A stretch of DNA of 64,000 nucleotides, from NCBI GenBank assembly GCA_963786955.1, contig CAWBAT010000005.1, positions 1,344,001 through 1,408,000 on the forward strand, written 5' to 3'. Numbering within the stretch: position 1 is the first letter of the stretch; each line of letters begins with the position of its first letter. The translations under genes and the position numbers were made by a program. Shown one piece after another: positions 22,055-30,350 of the stretch. Below the pieces are notes generated by a model, which did not search any database, was not told the origin of the DNA, and was given only the letters and a program-made list of their open reading frames with translations. The DNA comes from an uncultured Acidimicrobiia bacterium. Lineage in GTDB: Bacteria > Acidobacteriota > Terriglobia > Versatilivoradales > Versatilivoraceae.

Positions 22055-23584
22055 TCAGCTAAGAGGGTGTGCGAATTGCTTCTCTAATAACTCACAAATG
22101 ATGTGAACCACTGCCAGATGTGACTCCTGGATGCGTGGGGTATTGTCCGAGGGAACACGGATGCAGATGTCGCATAATCGTGGAAATTCACCGGCAGTAT
22201 TGCCTGTGAAGCCAACCGTGCGGGCGCCCTTAGTCTTTGCCAGTTCCAGGGCCAGCACGACATTTTTGGATTTGCCGCTGGTTGAGAAAGCCACGACCAG
22301 ATCTCCTGCCTTGACGAATGCGTCCACCTGCCTGGCAAACGTGTTCTCGTAACCATAATCATTGGCGATGGAAGTCATTAAGATTTCATTGGCGGAAAAG
22401 GAAACCGCAGGGAAAGCCTTCCGCTCGATTTGGAATCTTCCAACCAGTTCCGTGATGAAATGGTTGGCATCAGCCGCACTTCCCCCATTTCCAAAGGAAT
22501 AAACCGTTTTTTCATTCTGGTAGGTGTGGATAATGGTCTTCACCAAGTCTTCGATCGCGGGCAACTGTTCTTGAAGCAATCGCTGTTTGACGCTCATACT
22601 CTCCATGAGCAGGTGACTAATTTCGTAATGAAATAGATTCATTAGTTCCCCAGGAGTAACATAGGCAATTCCCGGCTTGGCGACGACAATGCCAGCGGCT
22701 TTGTTGGCCAGTTCAGCCGCTTCGATCAATGGGATACCTGCCGCCAGGCAAAGGGCCAGAACCGCAGTGACGCTATCTCCTGCGCCAACTCGGTCGGCCA
22801 AGGGAACACGCGTTGCGAGGATTTTCTGAGCCGGCTTCGTTCCTTCCAGAATCAACATTCCCTCAGCTCCCTGTGTGATCAGGACATCGGACTCGAGCTG
22901 ACTGCGCAACACGTCTCCCGCTTCTTCCACGGTCCGGGCCGATTTCCCTAGGATTTGAGCCGCTTGCAAACTTTCATCTGCATTGAACGTGTAGAGAGCG
23001 GCTTTCCCGTACCAGGAAACATGGTTGGGATTCGCATCAATAAAGAGCTTGAGTTCTTTTGCCCGAGAGAGGTGCCCGAGAGTTTCTATGAGTCGTTGAT
23101 TGACAAAACCATATCCCTGGTCATACACGACTAGAACTTTCCCTTGGATTTCGCCTGCGTCCTTCAGCTCTAATACGGGAGGCAAAGACGGGATTTCCGC
23201 GGGATCCATGGTTCGATGGAACATTTGCAGGAGTTGTTGGTTTGCCGCGAAAATGCGATATTTTTCCGGCAACCGGTAATTGGAGGGGGCCAGGTTCAGT
23301 AATTTAATGTTCTCACTCGGCAATTCCCGCGCCATCTCTTGAGAAAGGGGATCATCGCCAAAAAGGCCAAGGAGCAAGGCTTTACCCCCCAAAGAGGAAA
23401 TATTCTTTGCGACGTTGGCTGCGCCGCCCGGGACCGTTCGTCTGGAATTAATTTTAACAACAGGAACGGGGGCTTCTGGGGACAATCGCGTCACATTCCC
23501 GTATAGTTCCCGGTCAAGGTACGTATCCCCGGTGACAAGGATAGATTGAGACGCAAACTGATCAACGATATCTTGAACGAACAC
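22055..23584 (-). CDS. Fusion of HldA-like PfkB kinase and sedoheptulose-7-phosphate isomerase (GmhA/SIS)
   Basis: N-terminal RLSPEAPVPV, GGAANVA, VGAGD; C-terminal GNGGSAADA, ANDYGY, STSG.S.NV, RIQESH. Confidence 0.9.
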   Translation of the reverse strand: MFVQDIVDQFASQSILVTGDTYLDRELYGNVTRLSPEAPVPVVKINSRRTVPGGAANVAKNISSLGGKALLLGLFGDDPLSQEMARELPSENIKLLNLAPSNYRLPEKYRIFAANQQLLQMFHRTMDPAEIPSLPPVLELKDAGEIQGKVLVVYDQGYGFVNQRLIETLGHLSRAKELKLFIDANPNHVSWYGKAALYTFNADESLQAAQILGKSARTVEEAGDVLRSQLESDVLITQGAEGMLILEGTKPAQKILATRVPLADRVGAGDSVTAVLALCLAAGIPLIEAAELANKAAGIVVAKPGIAYVTPGELMNLFHYEISHLLMESMSVKQRLLQEQLPAIEDLVKTIIHTYQNEKTVYSFGNGGSAADANHFITELVGRFQIERKAFPAVSFSANEILMTSIANDYGYENTFARQVDAFVKAGDLVVAFSTSGKSKNVVLALELAKTKGARTVGFTGNTAGEFPRLCDICIRVPSDNTPRIQESHLAVVHIICELLEKQFAHPLS

Positions 23585-23959
23585 TTATGATTACCCTGAA
23601 ATTCGAATTTTAGGACGTTTTCGAAGTTCTATTCTAGCGCAACTTTTCGGGTTCCTCGATGCCTTTCTTTTCAATCAAAAACGTCCACGATAAGGTCACA
23701 TCACAGGGGGGCCGCCGCGGACGGTCAAGCAGTGGTGGTCACGGAGAGTGTTTTTCTCGCCGTGGGCTTTTCCGCACTGTCGGAACATAGCCACAACAAA
23801 TTTAGAAAGCGAATTTGTCGTGGCTATCCAATGAGTATGATATGTCAGCAGAACATATGACTTTGCGGAATTGAATTTTCTTGTCGCTGTTGGGCTCACT
23901 CTGTTAGAGTCACTGGTTTCTCGAACCTCAATCCGTGTGGATTTCGGAAGAACCAGATC

Positions 23960-24688
23960 ATGAAGCTTAAGGACAAAATTGCCATTGTCACGGGTGCTGG
24001 GACCGGTATCGGCAGAGCGATTGCCATCTCATTTGCGCAAGAAGGGGCGGCTGTTGTCCTGGCAGGCCGGACGGAAGAACGATTGCTCGGCGTGGCGAAC
24101 GAAATTAAGAGTTCGGGGGGAGATGCCTTTCCTCTGCGCGCCGACGTTTCCAACCCTGCAGAAGTTCAGCACTTGGTAGAATCGGCCGCGCGCCATTACG
24201 GGAAGATCAATATTTTGGTCAACAACGCCGGGGTCTTCATATACAAGAATCTTATGGAGCTGACGATCCGCGAATGGGACGAGACGATTAACACCAATCT
24301 AAAAGGGATCTTTCTTTGCTGTCAGGCCGTATTGCCAAGCATGATCCAACAGAAGCAAGGGAATATCATTAATATCTCATCGATTCACGGCAAAATCGGA
24401 GATGCAAATCTGGCGGCGCATTGTGCTTCAAAATTTGGCGTCATCGGATTGACTCAAGCGTTGGCCAAGGAAGTCATCGAGCACAATATCAATGTGAATG
24501 TCATTTGTCCGGGTCAAGTCAGTTCCCGCTGGGTTGAGGAAGAGACATCCGCGGTGGCTCCCCTTTTAACCCATTTGAGGCCCACCGATGTGGCTGGGGT
24601 TGCTGTCTTTCTGGCTTCGCCGGATTCGGCCATCATGACTGGGGCCGTCATTGACGTCTTTGGAGGCACAACGGTGAAGATTCATTAA
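23960..24688 (+). CDS. SDR family oxidoreductase
   Basis: TGAGTGIG, NNAG and NISS; HCASK in place of the usual YxxxK. Confidence 0.92.
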   Translation: MKLKDKIAIVTGAGTGIGRAIAISFAQEGAAVVLAGRTEERLLGVANEIKSSGGDAFPLRADVSNPAEVQHLVESAARHYGKINILVNNAGVFIYKNLMELTIREWDETINTNLKGIFLCCQAVLPSMIQQKQGNIINISSIHGKIGDANLAAHCASKFGVIGLTQALAKEVIEHNINVNVICPGQVSSRWVEEETSAVAPLLTHLRPTDVAGVAVFLASPDSAIMTGAVIDVFGGTTVKIH

Positions 24689-24736
24689 CGAACAAACTTT
24701 GGACCGCCGGTCGATAAGAATGGGCTCACTTCCCTC

Positions 24737-25921
24737 ATGACAAAAAAATCTCCTCTGGTCATCATTTTTGTAACCGTTTTGTTAGATCTGATTGGGTTCG
24801 GAATTATTTTGCCCATGCTCCCTTTTTATGCGAAGAGCTATGGAGCCACCGCGTTGCATGTAGGCCTGCTCTCGACTTCCTATTCCTTAATGCAACTGCT
24901 TTTTGCACCGGTGTGGGGGCGTTGGTCCGACAGAATAGGGCGTCGTCCCATTATTTTGTTGGGGCTGTTCGGATCGGGACTCTCCTATCTTGTTTTTGGG
25001 CTCGCGGACTCTTTAATGATCCTGTTTGTGTCCAGAATCTGTGCGGGAATAGCCGGAGCGAATATCTCAACGGCCCAGGCCTACATTGCCGATTCAACCA
25101 GCAGTGAGAATCGTGCAAAGGGAATGGGGCTTATTGGAGCGGCCTACGGCCTTGGATTTATTATTGGGCCCGCCATCGGGGGCATTCTCAGCAAATACAG
25201 TTATAGTACCCCTGCTTTTTTCGCTTCCGGACTCGCGTTTGTGAATTGCCTGGCGGCTTTTTGGCTTCTTCCGGAATCTTTGAATCCGGCGGCTCGTAGC
25301 CATCACCCGGGAAGAGAGTTAAATTGGGGGAATCTGAAAAGCGGGCTGCGCCATCCTGAAATGGGCGTTTTTCTGATCTTGTTCTTTATCTCTACCTTCG
25401 CTTTCGCAAACCTGGAGGCGACTTTCGCATTGATGACCGCGAAGAAGTTTGGTTTCGATGCCCATCAGAATGGATACTTGTTTGCCTACATTGGAATTTT
25501 GATCACGGTGATGCAAGGTGGATTAATCGGTTACCTTGTCCGAATCTTTGGAGAAAGAAAGTTGGTCGCGTCTGGGTTGTTCTGTATGATATTTGGCCTC
25601 AGCCTGTTACCCTATTCGACAAATCTGAGGATGTTATTGCTGGTCCTGGTTATCCTGACATTTGGGAATGGCGCGACCAATCCCTCGATTTCGAGTCTAA
25701 TCTCTCGGGCTGCCGGTCCGGAGGATCAGGGCGGCATTTTGGGAGTTGCACAATCTATGGCGAGCTTGGGGAGGATCGTCGGCCCGATTTGGGGTGGATT
25801 TGTTTTTGATGCCTTTGGTTATCAATATCCTTATCTAACAGGCGGAATCTTTATGGCGTTGGCGTTTGGTCTCAGCTTGAGCACGCTCAAACCGAAAGTA
25901 CTTACCCGGGGGATGGCATGA
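24737..25921 (+). CDS. MFS transporter (TetA/DHA1-like)
   Basis: Motif A GRWSDRIGRRP; AYIAD; GPAIGG; about 12 TM segments. Confidence 0.92.
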   Translation: MTKKSPLVIIFVTVLLDLIGFGIILPMLPFYAKSYGATALHVGLLSTSYSLMQLLFAPVWGRWSDRIGRRPIILLGLFGSGLSYLVFGLADSLMILFVSRICAGIAGANISTAQAYIADSTSSENRAKGMGLIGAAYGLGFIIGPAIGGILSKYSYSTPAFFASGLAFVNCLAAFWLLPESLNPAARSHHPGRELNWGNLKSGLRHPEMGVFLILFFISTFAFANLEATFALMTAKKFGFDAHQNGYLFAYIGILITVMQGGLIGYLVRIFGERKLVASGLFCMIFGLSLLPYSTNLRMLLLVLVILTFGNGATNPSISSLISRAAGPEDQGGILGVAQSMASLGRIVGPIWGGFVFDAFGYQYPYLTGGIFMALAFGLSLSTLKPKVLTRGMA

Positions 25922-26871
25922 CGCTGAATTTGATGTTTCATGATAACTGTTTTGATGGCACCGCGTCCGCCGCGGTCTTTCTCCGATTTTTCCTGGAGAA
26001 TATCCGCCCCCATGCGGATGTCACTTTGATCGGGATGGCTCACCAGGCAGGTCCGCAGTTCCATGATGGATTGTTTAGTGCGGAAGAAAACGCGATTGTT
26101 GATTTCAAGTATGCCAGCACCGATCGCCTGACCTGGTGGTTTGACCATCATCACAGCGCCTTTCTAACCCCCCATGATGAAAGCCATTTCCTCAAGGATC
26201 ATACGGGTAAAAAATTCTATGATCCTTCATTCAAGTCGTGCACGAAACTCATCGCTTCAGTTACGGCGAAGCAGTTTTCTTTTCAGGCCAGCACTCTCGT
26301 TGAGCTGATTCACTGGGCAGACATTATCGATGGAGCTCTCTACCAAGACGCCAAGACTGCGGTCGAGATTGAAGAACCCGCTCAGAAGCTGGCTACAGTG
26401 ATCGAGGCGACGCGTGAGCCGGAGTTCATTCATCGCCTGATCCGCCAGCTCGCATTTCATCCTCTGAACCAGGTTGCAACCCAAAGAGCCGTCACGGATC
26501 GATTTGAGCCTTTAATCGAACTCCATCAGAAGAACATTGGTATCATCCGGGAAAACGCCCATTCTTCCAACGGCGTCATGTACTTTGATCTCACGGGGTA
26601 CCAGCTGGAAGGGTATAACAAATTCATCCCCTACTATCTTTATCCGGAGATTCGCTATTCTGTGAGCCTGCTCCGGAGTTCGAAACGCGTCAAAGTCAGT
26701 GTCGGATGGAATCCGTGGAGTACAGCCAAGCGCGAACACAACCTTGCCGCTCTATGTGAGAGGTATGGGGGTGGAGGACACCCGGTCGTGGCGGCTATTT
26801 CCTTTGAACCTTATGCAGAAGAGCAAGCGCGAACCGCAGCTCACGAAATTGTCGCGGAATTGAGGCGATAA
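25918..26871 (+). CDS. DHH family phosphoesterase
   Basis: HDNCFDG, VDF, FDHH and GGGGH. Confidence 0.85.
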   Translation: MTLNLMFHDNCFDGTASAAVFLRFFLENIRPHADVTLIGMAHQAGPQFHDGLFSAEENAIVDFKYASTDRLTWWFDHHHSAFLTPHDESHFLKDHTGKKFYDPSFKSCTKLIASVTAKQFSFQASTLVELIHWADIIDGALYQDAKTAVEIEEPAQKLATVIEATREPEFIHRLIRQLAFHPLNQVATQRAVTDRFEPLIELHQKNIGIIRENAHSSNGVMYFDLTGYQLEGYNKFIPYYLYPEIRYSVSLLRSSKRVKVSVGWNPWSTAKREHNLAALCERYGGGGHPVVAAISFEPYAEEQARTAAHEIVAELRR

Positions 26872-27000
26872 TCTCCCATGCCGCTCGAAGCCGGTGGAGT
26901 GTGCCTCCAAGCCCTTCATCTGCAGAATCCCATTCTTTGGTTCAGTCCCGATTCCTGATTTCCGAGATTGAAGTTGCATTAATCAGTCCCCGATTTCATA

Positions 27001-27969
27001 ATGCCGCAGATGAGCCGATACCCTTACCAGCCCATTGATTCCTCCGCCATCCGCACCCGCCCCGCCGCCGATAGGCTGACCAAGGTCTCAGCCGCTGGAT
27101 TTGCAAGGGTCTATCAAAAAGGAAGCGGCGTTTCCGGTCTTATCGACACACTGCCCGGAATTCTTGCGGGCAGTTCCTTCCGGAAAGTTATCGAAGCGCT
27201 GCGATCGGCCAGAGCTCACAGCCGGGTAATCATTTGGGGGCTTGGAGCCCACGTCATCAAATGCGGACTCAATCCCGTCTTGATTGATTTGATGCGGCGG
27301 GGCTATGTCAATGCAGTGGCCTTGAACGGTGCGGGCGCCATTCACGACTTGGAAATCGGTATGACAGGCGCCACTTCGGAAGACGTTGAGAAGGAACTGG
27401 AAAGCGGGCAGTTCGGAATGGTTCAGGAAACCCCTCTCTGGATGAATGAAGCGATCCGGAGTGGGAGTGTGCAAGATCTTGGCATGGGGGAATCCCTGGG
27501 TGGCTACGTTCTCGAACATCAGGATCACTTCCCGCATCGGGCTGTAAGCCTTCTGGCGAATGCCTACGAGCTTCGCATACCGGTTACGATTCATGTCGCA
27601 ATTGGGACCGATACCATTCACAATCATCCTTCCACGGATGGTGCCACTCTGGGCAAGACCAGTCTCCAGGATTTTCGCTTATTCACGGCGATCGTCCGAG
27701 ATCTCGATGAGGGGGGAGTCTACCTCAATTGTGGGTCTGCAGTGATCCTGCCGGAGGTATTCTTAAAAGCGGTCAGCCTGGTGCGGAACTTAGGGGATCC
27801 GCTTGGAAATTTTACAACCGTCAATCTGGATTTCTTTCAGCACTACCGTCCATACCAGAATGTTCTGAGACGTCCTACTATCCAATCGGGCCAGGGGATC
27901 TCCCTGACCGGACACCACGAAATCCTTTTACCTTTACTGGCAGCGGCTCTGATTGAGTCTGAAACTTGA
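27001..27969 (+). CDS. Conserved hypothetical protein, deoxyhypusine-synthase-like fold
   Basis: WGLGAHVIKCGL, NGAGAIHD, IPVTIHVAIGTD, GSAVILPEVFLKA and GHHE. Confidence 0.75.
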   Translation: MPQMSRYPYQPIDSSAIRTRPAADRLTKVSAAGFARVYQKGSGVSGLIDTLPGILAGSSFRKVIEALRSARAHSRVIIWGLGAHVIKCGLNPVLIDLMRRGYVNAVALNGAGAIHDLEIGMTGATSEDVEKELESGQFGMVQETPLWMNEAIRSGSVQDLGMGESLGGYVLEHQDHFPHRAVSLLANAYELRIPVTIHVAIGTDTIHNHPSTDGATLGKTSLQDFRLFTAIVRDLDEGGVYLNCGSAVILPEVFLKAVSLVRNLGDPLGNFTTVNLDFFQHYRPYQNVLRRPTIQSGQGISLTGHHEILLPLLAAALIESET

Positions 27970-28775
27970 TGAACGACAGCTTTGACTCCCCCCCGACGCA
28001 AGAACCATTTATCCCGCAGGCTGTTGTCAGCCTTCCAGCGAAAGCGTTTCCAGTCTGGTCCGGGTGGGATGTGATGTTTCTGTTTTTCTTTAGTTCTTTT
28101 TCTGCCATCGTTTTTGCCACCCTCGGAAATTCCATCAGCCATTTGCTCCAGATCAAGTTCTCTTTAGCCCGTGCGCTGCTGCATTCCGATAATGAAGGAA
28201 TTTATCTCATCTTCTACCAAGCCATCCTGGACGGAGTGATTCTACTCTTCATCTATTTCACCATCACTCTCAAATACAACTCCCCATTCTTAAAGTCTAT
28301 CAAATGGAAGTCGAGGCCTTCTCTTCGCCTTGCGCCGTTCTTTCCACTGGGGATCTTGCTTGCGCTGGCGGTTGTGGGTGTTTCCGCCCTTTTCCCGCCC
28401 CCAGCGGATCTACCCATTGAAAAATTGTTGAAGCAACCCTACGCCGCATTCTTTTTTGCCTCGCTTGGAATTGTTGTGGCACCTTTTGTCGAGGAGGTCG
28501 TTTTCCGAGGGTTTATCTTTCCGGTGGTGGAACGGCGGGTGGGAACTCTCGGGGGGATTGTTGCTACGGCGATACTTTTCACTGGGGTTCACGTCGCCCA
28601 GCTCTGGGGGAGCTGGCCTGCGATTGCCTTGATCGCAGTGGTCGGCCTGACCTTATCTCTCATCCGTGCCCAAACAGACTCTCTGTTTCCAAGCTTTATC
28701 GTCCACCTAGCCTACAACTCCACAATTTGTCTTCTGTTTCTTGTCGGAATTTTTGTGGGCGGATTTCCTGCCTAA
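27966..28775 (+). CDS. CPBP (CAAX/Abi) intramembrane glutamic endopeptidase
   Basis: APFVEEVVFRG, F...H and HLAYN motifs. Confidence 0.9.
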   Translation: MMNDSFDSPPTQEPFIPQAVVSLPAKAFPVWSGWDVMFLFFFSSFSAIVFATLGNSISHLLQIKFSLARALLHSDNEGIYLIFYQAILDGVILLFIYFTITLKYNSPFLKSIKWKSRPSLRLAPFFPLGILLALAVVGVSALFPPPADLPIEKLLKQPYAAFFFASLGIVVAPFVEEVVFRGFIFPVVERRVGTLGGIVATAILFTGVHVAQLWGSWPAIALIAVVGLTLSLIRAQTDSLFPSFIVHLAYNSTICLLFLVGIFVGGFPA

Positions 28776-28833
28776 GAAGCTTAACTGAAGAAAAATTGAA
28801 TTCGTAGCGCGTATTTGCTTTCTGAGTCTGCGG

Positions 28834-28905
28834 CTGGAGTTTGAACAATTGTGCAGTCCAGAGGCCCACGCCACAATCTTGTGGTGCAGCCGTCCCGACT
28901 GCTGC
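28834..28905 (+). repeat. REP doublet family C
   Basis: Matches the reverse complement of 55671-55740 (tgtgcagNccagaggcccacRccac...ttgtggtgcag). Confidence 0.75.
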
Positions 28906-29064
28906 AGGCTGGCGGAGCGCGCGTCCCAGCCGGAACCAACAGATCATTCACACACTTTCTGCCCTCCCCCGGTGAGCGGCCGGCAAACTCTGCTCAGTTC
29001 AGTGAAAAGAGAGAAATTGCGCCTGCCTCACTTCCGAATTCAAAATCAATCTTAAAAGAAATAC

Positions 29065-29093
29065 TTGACATTTTCAAAAACGTGCCATATTTT
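29065..29093 (+). promoter_or_regulatory. Candidate sigma70 promoter of the teneurin-like locus
   Basis: TTGACA-17 bp-TATTTT in AT-rich context. Confidence 0.5.
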
Positions 29094-29378
29094 GCACGAC
29101 ATTTACTTAATCAACTTTAGGCTGTTTGGATAAAACGACCCGGAGTGTCGGCGTCTGATCCAAGGTTGCATTCGAATCGTAATCAAAACCCCTGGAAGGG
29201 CAAATCTACCTCTTATCGCCTATCTACAGGGATTTCAGCGTATCAGAAGGGCGAGCCGATAGACCGTTAACTGGGTAATAGGATAAACGGAATTAAGGGC
29301 TTCGTCCGATGGGAATTTGCGGTAGTGAAGCTCTAGCAAATTTGGAATGCGCCATAAACAGCATCTAGGAGTGATTCC

Positions 29379-30350
29379 ATGCAAATATCACACCCCTTTG
29401 CTTCTATTCTCCGTGTTACCGCCCGGTGGATGTTGGCCCTATTTCTAATTTCCAACGTATTGTTCCAGATTAGACTCTTCTTCTTTGAAGAAACAAATTC
29501 AAACTTTCAAGCCCAAACGGCGGCATTGCACCCCATTTTTGAGGGATGGTATTCGAACGAAGATGGAGCCACGTGTAGCTTGGATTTTGGGTATAAGAAT
29601 GACAATGCTGTGACCGTTTCTGTTCCCATCGGCGGAAACAATTTTTTCAGGCCGAGCCCGCAGAATCAAGGTCAGCTAACAAACTTTCCTCCGGGAAGAC
29701 AGCGCCACGTCTTTCGCATCATCGTCCCGGCCAATTATAGTGGGAACAAGCTATGGACTCTGGCCTATGCCGGCTCACGAGAAACGTGCACTGCATTGCT
29801 GAATCCTGCATTGAAGATTGAACCGATTAGCGTCAACGCGGGGCCGGACCAGACCATTACGCTGCCCGCAGCAGCACAACTCCAAGGAACATACACGGAT
29901 GCCGTTCCCGGAGGGACCCCTGTCATCACCTGGAGTACGGTAAGTGGACCGGGAACAGCTTCTTTTCTTCGGACGGATATTCCGGCAACTTCCGTGAGCT
30001 TCTCATCTCCCGGAGACTACGTTCTTCGATTGACCGTTGCCCATGGGCAAATCGTTCGCAATGACGACATTGTCATCAAGGCCAATCCCGCAAATCGGGC
30101 GCCGCAGGTGAATGCCGGGCCAGACCAAACCCTGACCTTGCCAAATGCAGCCTCATTAACCGGTTCTGCCACTGACGACGGACTGCCTGCCGGGTCTACC
30201 CTTACTTTTAACTGGAGTGTCATGAGCGGACCGGGAGCAGTCATCTTCGGCAATTCTGGAGCAGCGGTCACGACGGCTTCTTTTAGCGTCGCAGGTAATT
30301 ACGTGCTCAAGCTGACGGCCAGTGACACTCAACTCGACGAGCGCCGATGA
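29379..30350 (+). CDS. N-terminal part of teneurin-like/RHS protein (signal or TM, unknown domain, 2 PKD-like repeats); frameshifted
   Basis: VNAGPDQT(I/L)TLP twice, SGPG, G.YVL.LT; the second PKD repeat continues in another frame near 30337. Confidence 0.85.
   Translation: MQISHPFASILRVTARWMLALFLISNVLFQIRLFFFEETNSNFQAQTAALHPIFEGWYSNEDGATCSLDFGYKNDNAVTVSVPIGGNNFFRPSPQNQGQLTNFPPGRQRHVFRIIVPANYSGNKLWTLAYAGSRETCTALLNPALKIEPISVNAGPDQTITLPAAAQLQGTYTDAVPGGTPVITWSTVSGPGTASFLRTDIPATSVSFSSPGDYVLRLTVAHGQIVRNDDIVIKANPANRAPQVNAGPDQTLTLPNAASLTGSATDDGLPAGSTLTFNWSVMSGPGAVIFGNSGAAVTTASFSVAGNYVLKLTASDTQLDERR

Noticed and set aside
23696-23899. IS200 TnpA remnant (SYVLLTYHTHW)
   Set aside because: Resemblance is limited to about 10 residues; no HUH or Tyr motifs.
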